A stretch of DNA of 64,000 nt from Faecousia sp. (GCA_045649665.1 JAZRQK010000046.1:10730-74729); one strand, 5' to 3'; positions 27,555 through 38,223 are shown, numbered from the stretch's first letter. Numbers and translations: made by a program. The notes: a model not told the origin generated them from the sequence alone.

Positions 27555-29573
27555 ATGGACGAGAAAGATCTGGAATTTAATCTGGACGATATTATCAAAG
27601 AATTCAGCGACACACCCGTAGAGGAACAAGAGGCGATTTCCAAAGTACTTGCCGAGGCAGAAGCCATAGAGGCCCAGGACGAACCGGAAGTCACCCAGGA
27701 AGAATCCGACGTCACAGAAGCGACCATTCGCTTTGATGCCATCGCCGATACCCACGGTCAGGTGCGTAACGCACAACCCATCGACGACGAGGAAGACGAA
27801 GCCGCCCCGGTAGTAGTGCAGGAAGAAGAAAAGACCGAACCTTATTCCAACGAGTGGGAGCCGGAATATGAGCAGCCCATCGCAGAATATGTGCCGCCCC
27901 GTCCCATTATTTTCCCCCGTCGCTCCCGTTTGCAGGAATTAAAGCGTAAGCTGGTAAACGGCCCAGAAAAGGAATATTACGCTTTGTCCGAGATCGGTCT
28001 GGGCAAGCTGCAGCTGGCAATTTTCATCTGCGCTGTGATCACCTTGCTCTCCGCCGTCGCCACCGCACTGCTGGCATTCGGTCTTGTACCGGAAACACGC
28101 TTGCGATTTATGGTGTTCAGCCAATTCTTTGTTATGCTTCTGTCCGCTTTCTTTGGCTGTTATCAGCTGCTGGAGGGTGTGACCGATCTTTTCAAAAGGC
28201 GTTTTTCTCTGAATACCTTGCTGGTATTCACATTCGTGCTTTGCTGTGTGGACGGCATCATCTGCTTCCAGCAGCTGCGTGTGCCCTGCTGCGCCGCTTT
28301 CAGTCTGCAAATGACCATGTCCCTCTGGAGCGCCTATCACAAGCGCAACACCCAACTGGGTCAGCTGGACACCATGCGCAAGGCTACCCGACTGGATAGC
28401 ATCGGCGCTGTAGAAAATTATTATGCAGAAAGCAAGGGTCTGCTTCGTGGCGAAGGTCAGGTGGAACATTTTATGGACACCTATCAGCAGCCTTGCCGTC
28501 TGGAAAAAACCTTGTCTGTATACGCCATCGTGGCGCTGTGCGTCAGTGTGGCAGTGGGTATCACCGCCGGTGTATTCCACGGCATCACTGCCGGTATTCA
28601 GGTGGCGGCTGTCACCGCTTTGGCAGCTATGCCCGCCTCTATGCTCATCACCCTGACCCGTCCCATAGCGGTGCTGGAACGCCGGCTCCACGCTTTGGGC
28701 GCAGTACTCTGCGGCTGGGACGGTGTGGAAGCGCTCAGCGGTAATGTGGTATTCCCACTGGAGCAATCTGATCTGTTCCCCGGCGGAACGGTAAAAATGA
28801 ACGGTGTCAAGTTCTTCGGTAAACGGCAGCCGGACGAGATCATCGCCTACGCCACTGCTTTGATTGCCGCTGAGGGCGGCAGTCTTGCCCCCTTGTTTGA
28901 GCATCTGCTGGAAAGCCGCAACGGCATGCATTACACCGCCGAGGCATTTACCACCTACGAGGACGGCGGCATCGGCGCCATGGTCAACAGCGACCCGGTG
29001 CTGGCAGGCAGCTTGACATTTTTGAAAGAATCCGGTGTGGAAGTACCGGAAGGTATCCGTGTCACGCAAGCCGTATGCGTTGCCATCGAGGGCGAGTTGT
29101 GCGGTCTATTCGCCATCTCCTACGAGAAGGACAGAGCCGCCGCAGCCGGACTGCACACTCTTTGCAGCTACCGGGGTCTGCGCCCTGCGCTGGTTACCGA
29201 CGATTTCATGATCGACAGCCAGTTCCTCCACGAAAAGTTTGGGGTCAACACCAAGCGTTTCCTGCTGCTGCCCCCGGAGGATCGGCAAGCCCTGCAGCAA
29301 ACACTCCCTGAGGAAATTCCTGCTGCCGCACTGGTCACCACCGACGGTTTTGCCCCCTTTGCCTATGCCGCTACCGGCGCCCGGACGCTGAAGTCCGCTG
29401 CCACAGCCGGTGTTGTGGTGCACATGATCGGCGGCATTCTGGGCATGGTAATGATGCTGGTACTGACCCTGATCGGCGCACTGAACCTGCTGACTCCTGC
29501 CAACCTTTTCTTATACGAATTGGTATGGCTGGTGCCGGGCATTCTGATCTCCCAGTGGACCCGTACTATCTGA
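27555..29573 (+). CDS. Membrane protein resembling a degenerate P1B-type ATPase, with acidic N-terminal tail
   Basis: Colinear remnants of P1B segments but no DKTGT, TGES or GDGxND; RBS aggaggg. Confidence 0.65.
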   Translation: MDEKDLEFNLDDIIKEFSDTPVEEQEAISKVLAEAEAIEAQDEPEVTQEESDVTEATIRFDAIADTHGQVRNAQPIDDEEDEAAPVVVQEEEKTEPYSNEWEPEYEQPIAEYVPPRPIIFPRRSRLQELKRKLVNGPEKEYYALSEIGLGKLQLAIFICAVITLLSAVATALLAFGLVPETRLRFMVFSQFFVMLLSAFFGCYQLLEGVTDLFKRRFSLNTLLVFTFVLCCVDGIICFQQLRVPCCAAFSLQMTMSLWSAYHKRNTQLGQLDTMRKATRLDSIGAVENYYAESKGLLRGEGQVEHFMDTYQQPCRLEKTLSVYAIVALCVSVAVGITAGVFHGITAGIQVAAVTALAAMPASMLITLTRPIAVLERRLHALGAVLCGWDGVEALSGNVVFPLEQSDLFPGGTVKMNGVKFFGKRQPDEIIAYATALIAAEGGSLAPLFEHLLESRNGMHYTAEAFTTYEDGGIGAMVNSDPVLAGSLTFLKESGVEVPEGIRVTQAVCVAIEGELCGLFAISYEKDRAAAAGLHTLCSYRGLRPALVTDDFMIDSQFLHEKFGVNTKRFLLLPPEDRQALQQTLPEEIPAAALVTTDGFAPFAYAATGARTLKSAATAGVVVHMIGGILGMVMMLVLTLIGALNLLTPANLFLYELVWLVPGILISQWTRTI

Positions 29574-29581
29574 TAAAACCC

Positions 29582-29617
29582 AAAAAGGACGCTCTGCGCA
29601 GCAGGGCGTCCTTTTTT
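29582..29617 (+). terminator. Intrinsic terminator
   Basis: aaaaaggacgctctg...cagggcgtcctttttt. Confidence 0.75.
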
Positions 29618-29781
29618 ATCAATAATGTTGTACCAAATTTAGGCAAAAACAGATGTGATATGCATATTTTACAAGCATTTTTAAAGATATTTGGTAATTT
29701 CACACAAAACCAACCTTGATAAAAAGCGGTTTTTATATTAAAATAATAGCAAACACGATAGATTCCCCAAGGAGGACAACT

Positions 29782-30570
29782 ATGAAAATTCTCGTGTGTG
29801 TAAAACAAGTTCCCAGCTCCAATAATGTAGCTGTCGACCCGGTCACCGGTGTGCTGATCCGCAACGGTGTTCAGAGCAAGATCAACCCCTACGATCTGTA
29901 TGCCATTGAAACCGCTTTGTCCATGACGGAGCGCTTTGGCGGCACAGTGGAAAGCCTGACCATGGGTCCGCCACAAGCCAAGGCAGTCATTGACGAAACC
30001 ATTTGCATGGGCGCTGCCAAAGGTACGGTACTGTCCGACCGGAAGTTTGCCGGCGCAGACGTGTTGGCCACTGCCTATACCCTTTGCCAGGGCATCCGTA
30101 AATGCGGCCCCTATGATCTGATTCTGTGCGGCAAGCAGACCACTGACGGCGATACCGCTCAGGTAGGCGCAGAGCTGGCAGAGTATCTGGGCATCCCCAA
30201 TGTATCCAATGTATTAAGCGTGGATAACGTGACCGACGGCACTGTGGAAGTTACCGCCAGTCTGGACGATAAAAACGTCAAACTTCGCATCGCCCTACCC
30301 TGCGTGATCTCCGTAGACGGCGACATCAACACCCCCCGTCTGCCCTCTTATAAGATCCGCAAAGCGCTGAGCGATGATGCTGTTTCTTTCCTGAGCTTTG
30401 CCGACTTCGAGGATCAGGATCCGGAGCATTACGGTCTGAGCGGCTCCGCCACCCAGGTAGAGCGGATCTTCCCCCCGGAGAAGTCCTCTGACAAGCATAC
30501 CGTCGAGGGCGATGCCGAAACCCAATCCCAGGCGCTGTACACGCTCCTGCTGGACAAGAAAATGCTGTAA
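29782..30570 (+). CDS. etfB: Electron transfer flavoprotein beta subunit (LctB-like)
   Basis: MKILVCVKQVP, INPYD..AIE, FAGADVLATAY, GKQTTDGDTAQVG. Confidence 0.95.
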   Translation: MKILVCVKQVPSSNNVAVDPVTGVLIRNGVQSKINPYDLYAIETALSMTERFGGTVESLTMGPPQAKAVIDETICMGAAKGTVLSDRKFAGADVLATAYTLCQGIRKCGPYDLILCGKQTTDGDTAQVGAELAEYLGIPNVSNVLSVDNVTDGTVEVTASLDDKNVKLRIALPCVISVDGDINTPRLPSYKIRKALSDDAVSFLSFADFEDQDPEHYGLSGSATQVERIFPPEKSSDKHTVEGDAETQSQALYTLLLDKKML

Positions 30571-30582
30571 GGAGGTGGCGTT

Positions 30583-31767
30583 ATGGGAAAATTGATTATT
30601 CATCAAAATCTGGTCACACCGGAAAAAGCCGAAGCCCTTATGGGTCTTTGCCCCTTTAATGCCATCTCTTACGAGGATGGCAAGCTGGACATCTCCTCTG
30701 GCTGCAAAATGTGTAAGATGTGTGTCCGCAAGGGCGAGGGTGTGGTGGACTTCGTTGAAGAAGTTAAGGAAATTGACAAGAGCCAGTGGAAAGGCATCTG
30801 CGTGTATGCCGACTGCAGCGGTGGTAACATCCACCGGGTAACCTTCGAGCTGTGCGGCAAAGCAAAGGAGCTGGCACAAGTCACCGGCCATCCTGTCTAT
30901 GCGCTTCTGATCGGTGAAAACACCGCCGCTGCCGCAGAAAAACTTCTGCATTACGGTGTGGACAAGGTGTTCGTCTATGACGACCCCGCCTTTGCCGATT
31001 TCCGTATCGAACCCTACACCGCCGCATTCTGCGATTTTATCCATAAGGAGCAGCCCTCCTCCATTTTGGTGGGCGCTACCAATCTGGGACGTCAGCTTGC
31101 GCCCCGTGTGGCTGCTCGCTGCCGTACCGGTCTGACTGCCGACTGCACCGTTTTGGAAATGAAAGAAAATACCGACTTGGTGCAGATCCGTCCCGCTTTC
31201 GGCGGTAACATCATGGCGCAGATCATCACGCCCCACACCCGTCCCCAGTTCTGCACTGCCCGGTACAAGGTGTTCTCTGAGCCGAAACCCACCGAAAAAG
31301 CCACCGGCGAAATCGTAAGCATGGAAGTGACACCCCAGATGCGCCAGTCCGGCATTGCGGTACTTAGCTCTGTGGAGAAAGCCAAGGACATCGATATCTC
31401 GGAAGCCGAGGTCATTGTGGCGGTGGGTCGTGGCGCTGCCAGCGAGGGTATGCGCGCTGCCGCCAAGGAGCTGGCTGACCTGCTGGGCGGTGTAGTCGCC
31501 TGCACCAGACCTTTGGCAGAAAACAATCTGTTTGATGCCAAGCATCAGATCGGTCTGTCCGGCAGAACCGTCAAGCCCAAGCTGATTTTCTGTCTGGGTA
31601 TCTCCGGCGCTGTGCAGTTTGCTGCCGGCATGAAATCCTCTGACTGTATCGTTGCCATCAACACCGACCCTGCCGCCCCCATCTTTGATGTGGCGCACTA
31701 CTGTGTGGTAGGCGATGTCAACGCAATCGTTCCCAAGCTCATCGCTAAAATCAAGGGGGTGCAGTGA
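30583..31767 (+). CDS. etfA: ETF alpha subunit with N-terminal ferredoxin-like domain (LctC-like)
   Basis: CPFNAI...CKMCKMC; [27 protein letters not shown]. Confidence 0.94.
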   Translation: MGKLIIHQNLVTPEKAEALMGLCPFNAISYEDGKLDISSGCKMCKMCVRKGEGVVDFVEEVKEIDKSQWKGICVYADCSGGNIHRVTFELCGKAKELAQVTGHPVYALLIGENTAAAAEKLLHYGVDKVFVYDDPAFADFRIEPYTAAFCDFIHKEQPSSILVGATNLGRQLAPRVAARCRTGLTADCTVLEMKENTDLVQIRPAFGGNIMAQIITPHTRPQFCTARYKVFSEPKPTEKATGEIVSMEVTPQMRQSGIAVLSSVEKAKDIDISEAEVIVAVGRGAASEGMRAAAKELADLLGGVVACTRPLAENNLFDAKHQIGLSGRTVKPKLIFCLGISGAVQFAAGMKSSDCIVAINTDPAAPIFDVAHYCVVGDVNAIVPKLIAKIKGVQ

Positions 31768-33161
31768 TGTATAACAAAGTAACTGCGGCGGATATTGCCG
31801 CTTTGCAAGCCATCGTTGGCGCTGCGGATCTGCTCACCGGCGACAACATCAATCCGGACTATGCACACGATGAATTGGGCGGCATTTCCTGCATGCCCGA
31901 GGCATTGGTGCGAGTACATTCCACCGAGGAAATTTCCCAAATTATGAAACTGGCATGGGAGCGGAACATTCCCGTCACCGTCCGGGGCAGCGGTACCGGT
32001 CTGGTAGGCGCAGCCGTTCCCGTATGCGGCGGTATTCTGCTGGATACCACCAAGATGAATAAGATCCTTTCGCTGGATGAGAACAATCTGACTGTAACTG
32101 TGCAGCCCGGTGTTCTGCTGATGGAGCTGGCAGCCTTTGCGGAAGAGCATGATTTCCTCTATCCCCCGGATCCCGGCGAAAAGTCCGCCACCATCGGCGG
32201 TAATATCTCCACCAATGCCGGCGGTATGCGCGCGGTGAAGTACGGTGTCACCCGGGATTACGTCCGGGCGCTGACCGTGGTTCTGCCCAACGGCGAGATC
32301 CAGACATTGGGCGCAGCTGTGGCGAAAAACAGCTCCGGCTACAGCCTGAAGGATCTGGTCATCGGCTCGGAAGGCACACTGGCGGTTATCTGCGAGGCCG
32401 TGCTGAAGCTGGTGCCTCTGCCTAAGGTGTCTGTGAGCCTGCTTGTCCCCTTCCCGGATATGAAGTCCGCCATCGAGGCAGTTCCGCATATTATCCGTTC
32501 CAAGGTGACTCCCACCGCCATCGAGTATATGTCCCGGGATACCATCTTGTTTTCTGAGAGCTATCTGGGCAAGAAATTCCCGGACACCAAAAGCGATGCC
32601 TATATCCTGCTGACCTTTGACGGCAATACCGACGCACAAGTGGATCAGGATCTGCAGACTGTGGCAGATCTGTGTCTGCAGATCGGTGCGCAGGATGCCT
32701 ATATCGTGGACACCGACGAGCGGAAAAAGTCCGTGTGGTCTGCCCGTGGCGCATTCCTGGAGGCCATCAAGGCTTCCACCACCGAGATGGACGAGTGCGA
32801 CGTGGTAGTGCCCGGCAACAAGGTGGACACCTTTATCAAGTTCACCCACGAACTGGCAGATGAATTCCATGTCCGTATCCCCAGCTTCGGTCATGCCGGC
32901 GACGGCAACTTACATATCTACATCTGCCGTGACCAACTGGACGACCGGCAGTGGCAGCAGACCTTATCCGCTTGCTTTGACCGGATGTACGAAAAGGCAG
33001 AGCAGCTGGGTGGTCTGGTCTCCGGCGAGCATGGCATCGGCTATGCCAAAAAAGAATTCCTCCGCCGTCAGCTGGGCGACACACCCATCGCATTGATGCA
33101 GGGTATCAAGCAGGTATTTGACGAGAAAAATATCCTCAACCCCGGCAAGGTTTGCTTCTGA
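31767..33161 (+). CDS. FAD-linked 2-hydroxyacid (lactate/glycolate) dehydrogenase, LctD/GlcD-like
   Basis: [54 protein letters not shown]. Confidence 0.92.
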   Translation: MYNKVTAADIAALQAIVGAADLLTGDNINPDYAHDELGGISCMPEALVRVHSTEEISQIMKLAWERNIPVTVRGSGTGLVGAAVPVCGGILLDTTKMNKILSLDENNLTVTVQPGVLLMELAAFAEEHDFLYPPDPGEKSATIGGNISTNAGGMRAVKYGVTRDYVRALTVVLPNGEIQTLGAAVAKNSSGYSLKDLVIGSEGTLAVICEAVLKLVPLPKVSVSLLVPFPDMKSAIEAVPHIIRSKVTPTAIEYMSRDTILFSESYLGKKFPDTKSDAYILLTFDGNTDAQVDQDLQTVADLCLQIGAQDAYIVDTDERKKSVWSARGAFLEAIKASTTEMDECDVVVPGNKVDTFIKFTHELADEFHVRIPSFGHAGDGNLHIYICRDQLDDRQWQQTLSACFDRMYEKAEQLGGLVSGEHGIGYAKKEFLRRQLGDTPIALMQGIKQVFDEKNILNPGKVCF

Positions 33162-33166
33162 ATACC

Positions 33167-33200
33167 GCAGGCTCGCAGTAATAAATCTGCGAGCCTGCTT
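33167..33200 (+). terminator. Terminator hairpin
   Basis: gcaggctcgcag...ctgcgagcctgc. Confidence 0.7.
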
Positions 33201-33303
33201 ATATTATGGCAAAAAATACCGATTACACCCATTATGATATTGACTAACCTACCGGGTTATGGTATAAACAAAAGGCATATATTACATAGAGGAGGAACCA
33301 AAA

Positions 33304-34524
33304 ATGAGTGGTCCTTTGTCCGGAATTAAAGTAGTTGAGTTGGCAGCCTTCGTCGCTGCGCCCGTAGCCGGCAGAATTTTGTCTGACCTTGGCGCTGAAG
33401 TCATAAAGGTGGAAGCTCCTGCCGGTGACGGCTGGCGCATCACCGCTGCCAGCTATGTTTCCCGTTTCAACAAAGATGAGAACCCTGTTTTTGATATTTA
33501 CAATACCGGCAAGAAGTTCGTCGGTCTGAACCTGAAAACCCCCGAGGGTAAAGAGGCGCTGTTTAAGCTGCTGGAGGATGCGGATGTATTTTTGACCAAC
33601 ACCCGTCCTGCCGCACTGGCTCGTCTGGGTCTTTCCTATGACGATCTGAAGGAGCGTTTCCCCAAGCTGATCTACGCCATTGTGCTGGGCTACGGCGAGA
33701 AGGGTCCGGAGAAGGACACCCCCGCTTTCGATACCACCGCTTTCTGGGGTCGTGGCGGCTTCCTGCGTGACCTGTCCCCCAAGACCTCTGAGTACTACCC
33801 CCTAAATCCCCCCTCCGGCGTTGGCGATACCGCTACCGGTTTCCTGCTGGTTGCTGAGATCGCAACTGCGCTGTTCAACCGCACCCGTACCGGCAAGGGC
33901 GACTATGTGCGCTCCACCTTGTTCCATAACAGCGTTTTCTGCTTCGGTACTATGCAGATCGTGACCCAGCGTCCTTTCGGCACACAGTACCCCCTGAGCC
34001 GTCAGGACGCAGGTATCCCTGCAGGCTGCTACGAGTGCAGTGACGGCGAGTGGGTCTACTTCACCCTGGCCGCTCCCGGCTCCCTGGAGAAGGTCTGCCA
34101 GATCACCGGTCTGGAGAAGCTCATCGACGATCCCGAGTTTGCACCGGCAAATCGCTATCGCAACCGTCATATTTTCTACCCCATGTTCCGGGACGCATTT
34201 AAGTCCCAGCCCTGTGAGTACTGGACAAACCTGGCAAAGGAGAAGGATCTGACTCTGGTGCGTCTGCATCACTTTGCAGATATCGCTGAGGATCCCCAGG
34301 CTTGGGAAAACGGCTATGTAGAGCGTGTGGAGTTCTCCAACGGCAATGTAAACGTCATGCCCGCCAGCCCCATTGAGATGGACTCCTGCACACCTCCCAA
34401 GACCCAGGCAACTCCTCCCGCCCCCGGCGCAGATACCGTGGCGGTGCTGGCACAGTTGGGTTACTCCGAGGCGCAGATCAAGGCTATGCTGGAAGCCGGC
34501 GCAGCCGTGGCCCTGCAGGCATAA
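33304..34524 (+). CDS. Class III (CaiB/BaiF) CoA-transferase, FldA/HadA-like
   Basis: PLSGIKVVEL, LGAEVIKVE...GD..R, N.GKK, GYG.KGP, AFD.TAFW.RGG, catalytic Asp in GVGD. Confidence 0.92.
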   Translation: MSGPLSGIKVVELAAFVAAPVAGRILSDLGAEVIKVEAPAGDGWRITAASYVSRFNKDENPVFDIYNTGKKFVGLNLKTPEGKEALFKLLEDADVFLTNTRPAALARLGLSYDDLKERFPKLIYAIVLGYGEKGPEKDTPAFDTTAFWGRGGFLRDLSPKTSEYYPLNPPSGVGDTATGFLLVAEIATALFNRTRTGKGDYVRSTLFHNSVFCFGTMQIVTQRPFGTQYPLSRQDAGIPAGCYECSDGEWVYFTLAAPGSLEKVCQITGLEKLIDDPEFAPANRYRNRHIFYPMFRDAFKSQPCEYWTNLAKEKDLTLVRLHHFADIAEDPQAWENGYVERVEFSNGNVNVMPASPIEMDSCTPPKTQATPPAPGADTVAVLAQLGYSEAQIKAMLEAGAAVALQA

Positions 34525-34658
34525 TCCACCTTTTAAGAAAAGCCATTTTTGAATGGCTTTTCTTTTTTTGCTCCGGTGACGGAACGAGCGCCGTCTTGAC
34601 AGGTTTTGCCGAAAATGTTAGAATACATAGGTTAAGTTTATGCTCTTAGGAGAATTTT

Positions 34659-35894
34659 ATGAACGGTAAGATTAGAAAGATAACCGATCGCCTCGGGCGC
34701 TTTATCTGGGATTATAAGTTCTGGTTGATCACGCTTGCATCCGTGCTGGTCATTGCGGTGGCAACCGTATTGATCCTGGACATACTGCTAAACCCCGGCG
34801 CATTGTCCCCGGAGCCCTCCGCAAGTCAGACCGAGCCTGTTGAAATGCTTTCGGAAGAAACAGAAGAGGATGCTTATATTTACATAGACGAGATCGTAGA
34901 ATTTCAAGTTTCTGATATTGATACGCAATATCTGCAGACAGACATATACACCACCATAGATAATAACGTCTTTATGGACGCCCTGCTCTATACGGGCTAT
35001 AATATGGAAAAGCACCGTGCAGACGGCAAGATGTGGCAGTTCGTTCCTGCAGCAGACAAAGCAAGCTTAGGCTACCTCTCCAAGATCACCTATGGCGGCG
35101 GCAGCGACGGTTATGAAACCGACGATAGCGGCAAGCCTGACATCGCCTACTTCGAAAGAAATTATCTGGTTTGCGCAACCTTTGTAAACTATGTTTACTT
35201 TAATTACCTGCCCAACGTGGCGGGCATCGACACCTCCGCCCTCACCGCTCCCAGCAGTCGCTACAGCGCAAATTCCTGGTACGCTGCCCTGAGAGATTGG
35301 GTCGATAAGGGCTACTCCGAGTACATCGAATTTGACTACACTGTTTTGGGCGCCATCGGCAGCAGTTTTATCACGTTTAAGCCGTCCCGGGAGATCCCCA
35401 TTGGTTCTTTGGTGGTTTTCTGCAACCCCAAAACCTCTATGACCGAGGGCAGCCATGTGGCGGTCTATGCCGGTTACGCCAACGGTTACGACTGGCTCTA
35501 CCATGTGGGCAACCAGAACGGCCCGGAATTCTGCGCCGTGCAGCGCATGAACTTCGGCCCCAACGCCCGGTGGCCCATCGCCATATTCACACCTCCCAAT
35601 AATGTCCGTATCTCCCCCGTTTTGGAGATCGAGCTTTTGGACAGATACGGCAAACCCATCGCCGGCAGTGAATTCATTCTGAAACACCCCACCTCCGGCA
35701 AGGAGATTTCTTTGGGCACCACTGACGACAGCGGCAAGATCGTCAGAACGGACTTGTCCTACGGTGATTTTGAGCTTGTACAGATCCTGCCGGAAGGTTA
35801 TTCCTGCGAAAACACCACCAACGAAATCCAGATCACCGGTGTCAACAACAGTTACAACACTGTGCGTATTATCAACACAAAGCTCTCATCATAA
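34659..35894 (+). CDS. Membrane-anchored protein with NlpC/P60-like Cys-His domain and a C-terminal SpaA/Cna-like domain
   Basis: N-terminal TM helix; LVCATFVNYVY, SHVAVYAG, WLYHVG; GKPIAGSEFIL...TDDSG...LSYGDFEL...PEGY. Confidence 0.6.
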   Translation: MNGKIRKITDRLGRFIWDYKFWLITLASVLVIAVATVLILDILLNPGALSPEPSASQTEPVEMLSEETEEDAYIYIDEIVEFQVSDIDTQYLQTDIYTTIDNNVFMDALLYTGYNMEKHRADGKMWQFVPAADKASLGYLSKITYGGGSDGYETDDSGKPDIAYFERNYLVCATFVNYVYFNYLPNVAGIDTSALTAPSSRYSANSWYAALRDWVDKGYSEYIEFDYTVLGAIGSSFITFKPSREIPIGSLVVFCNPKTSMTEGSHVAVYAGYANGYDWLYHVGNQNGPEFCAVQRMNFGPNARWPIAIFTPPNNVRISPVLEIELLDRYGKPIAGSEFILKHPTSGKEISLGTTDDSGKIVRTDLSYGDFELVQILPEGYSCENTTNEIQITGVNNSYNTVRIINTKLSS

Positions 35895-35896
35895 CA

Positions 35897-35926
35897 AAAA
35901 GCACCACCCCGACGGGGTGGTGCTTT
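35897..35926. terminator. Bidirectional terminator
   Basis: aaagcaccacccc-gac-ggggtggtgcttt. Confidence 0.8.
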
Positions 35927-35933
35927 ATCATTC

Positions 35934-36941
35934 TTATTTTCCCATGACGGTCACGACTTTTTCCATCATCTGACGAATGGGAAGCTGATAGGGGCAACGC
36001 GCCTCACAGACACCGCAGCCGACGCAGTCCACAGCGGTCTTGGGCAGCGCCGCATACCGTTCTGCCGCCCAATCCTTCAGATTATAACGGCTGTAGTATC
36101 CCTCAAACAAGAAAATCGCCGGGATATTGATACCTGCTGTGCAGGGGGCGCAGTAATTGCAGCGGCGGCAGAAATTCGTACCCAGGTCTTTCCGGATTTC
36201 GGCAATCTTTGCCTGCTCCGCCTCCGTCAGCGGCGACACATCCGCAGCTGCCGCCACATTCTGGGCGATCTCCTTTTCCTCCGCCATGCCGGGGATCACC
36301 ACTGTCACGTTGGGGTTGCTCACCACAAAACGCAGCGCCGTCTGGGCATCGTCGATAGCGCCGCCTGCCAAAGGTTTCATGCAGATAAAGCCGATGTTTC
36401 TTTCTTTACACTTGGCGATCAGTTCTTCGCCCTGAGTCTCCACAATGTTGTAGGGGAACATGATGGTTTCCACCCACGGCAGTTCCACCGCCTGCCGGAA
36501 CAGATCCACAGAATGCAGCGTGATGCCGATATGTCCGATCTTGCCCTGCGCTTTGGCTTCCTGCAACGCTTCCAGCGCGCCGCCGGGCGCCATGACCTGC
36601 TCTAAGTCCTGACTGTTGGGATTGTGGATCTGATACAGATCGATGTAATCTGTGCGCAGATTTTTCAAGCTGATGTCCACGTCTTTCGCCATGGCTTCCT
36701 TTGTCCGTGCCATGCTCTTGGTGGCAAGCACAAAACGCTCCCGGATACCCTCCAGCGCAAAGCCAAGATACTCCTCACTGACGGTGTAGCCACGGGCGGT
36801 GTCAATATAATTCACACCCGCCGCCATAAGCTTGTGCAGCAGTGCTTTTGTCCCCTGTGGATCGATTTTTTGAATGGGAATTCCGCCAAAACCCAATCGG
36901 GATATGTTCAGTCCGGTCTTTCCTAAAATTCTGTATTCCAT
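35934..36941 (-). CDS. Aldo/keto reductase with C-terminal 4Fe-4S dicluster
   Basis: LGKTGL.ISRLGFG, DTARGY, TDYIDLYQIH; CRRCNYCAPC, CVGCGVCEARCP. Confidence 0.92.
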   Translation of the reverse strand: MEYRILGKTGLNISRLGFGGIPIQKIDPQGTKALLHKLMAAGVNYIDTARGYTVSEEYLGFALEGIRERFVLATKSMARTKEAMAKDVDISLKNLRTDYIDLYQIHNPNSQDLEQVMAPGGALEALQEAKAQGKIGHIGITLHSVDLFRQAVELPWVETIMFPYNIVETQGEELIAKCKERNIGFICMKPLAGGAIDDAQTALRFVVSNPNVTVVIPGMAEEKEIAQNVAAAADVSPLTEAEQAKIAEIRKDLGTNFCRRCNYCAPCTAGINIPAIFLFEGYYSRYNLKDWAAERYAALPKTAVDCVGCGVCEARCPYQLPIRQMMEKVVTVMGK

Positions 36942-37082
36942 AATTTTACTCCTAGCTTTTTGCAGGCTGGGTCAGGTGTCGCCGCCGCCCGGTTTCTCTT
37001 ATATATCATATCGTAAACAGCGGCGCTTGTCAAAAGGTTTGGTTTTTAGTATAATAACAAAAACGGTTAAGGAGGTGTGTAT

Positions 37083-37916
37083 ATGTACTCCCGGGTCTAT
37101 GTGGAGATCACCAATGTCTGTAATATGAACTGCTCCTTTTGCCACGGGCATAACCGCCCGCCCCGGCAAATGACCGAGGAAGAATACGCCCGTGTGCTGG
37201 CGCAGTTGAAGGGAAAGACCCAGTATATCTACCACCACCTGATGGGCGAGCCGCTGGTGCATCCTCTGCTCCCCCGTTTTATTCAGATGGCACGGCAGGC
37301 CGGCTTTTTCCCCATGATCACCACCAACGGAACACTGCTGGATTCTCACGGGGACAAGCTGCTGAATATTGGCTTGCATAAGGTCAACATTTCCTTGCAC
37401 AGCTTTGAGAAGGAACAGCCGGAAAGCCATCGGCTGTATCTGCAAAAAATTGCCAGCTTTGCCCACAAGGCCAACGTTTGCGGCACGATCATTTCCCTGC
37501 GGCTTTGGAATAACGGCTGCGATGACGGCAAGAATCAGTATGCCCTTGCCCTTTTGCAGGAAATGCTCCCCGGTCAGTGGACACCCAACACCCGTGGCTA
37601 TCGCATCCAGGACAAGCTGTTTCTGGAGTGGGGCGACCGCTTTGCCTGGCCTGACCTGAATGCGCCGGACTATGGCGATCGGGTCTCCTGCTACGGTCTG
37701 CGGGATCACTTCGGCATCCTCAGCGACGGAACGGTAGTCCCCTGCTGCCTGGACAGTGACGGCGTTATGCCCTTGGGAAATGTTTTCAGCGAAAATCTGT
37801 CAGATATTCTGGCATCCCACCGGGCGGAAAGCATCGCCCACGGCTTCCGCTGCCACACCGCCACCGAAGCCCTCTGCCGCCACTGCGGCTACGCCCAAAC
37901 CCATTTGAATAAATAA
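37083..37916 (+). CDS. Radical SAM protein with SPASM/twitch domain
   Basis: CNMNCSFC, GEPL.HP, TTNGTLL; CYGL...VPCCLD...CRHC. Confidence 0.9.
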   Translation: MYSRVYVEITNVCNMNCSFCHGHNRPPRQMTEEEYARVLAQLKGKTQYIYHHLMGEPLVHPLLPRFIQMARQAGFFPMITTNGTLLDSHGDKLLNIGLHKVNISLHSFEKEQPESHRLYLQKIASFAHKANVCGTIISLRLWNNGCDDGKNQYALALLQEMLPGQWTPNTRGYRIQDKLFLEWGDRFAWPDLNAPDYGDRVSCYGLRDHFGILSDGTVVPCCLDSDGVMPLGNVFSENLSDILASHRAESIAHGFRCHTATEALCRHCGYAQTHLNK

Positions 37917-37950
37917 AAAGACAGCCAGCCGAAAGGCTGACTGTCTTTTT
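37917..37950. terminator. Bidirectional terminator (radical SAM gene and tRNA)
   Basis: aaaagacagccagcc-gaaa-ggctgactgtcttttt. Confidence 0.8.
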
Positions 37951-37951
37951 T

Positions 37952-38027
<76 letters not shown>

Positions 38028-38053
38028 ATATTGTGCACCTCAAGCGCCCAGTC

Positions 38054-38082
38054 ATTATAGCATACACCAGTTGCTTTGTCAA
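38054..38082 (-). promoter_or_regulatory. Consensus sigA promoter for the tRNA
   Basis: TTGACA-N17-TATAAT on the minus strand. Confidence 0.85.
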
Positions 38083-38223
38083 CCACATTTTCCCTATGTC
38101 GTTATTTGTGAATATTATAAAAAATCTCTTGTCAAACAGCACTGTTATATGGTAATATTATTCTATCTTGAAATCATACTTTTATCCATAACGGTATGAC
38201 AAAGCAAAAGGAGATGTTCAACT

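Noticed and set aside
36942-37000. Possible riboswitch in the GC-rich leader of the aldo/keto reductase (ends aaaaagctaggag, superficially preQ1-like)
   Set aside because: No convincing aptamer core or stem consensus by eye; would need cmscan
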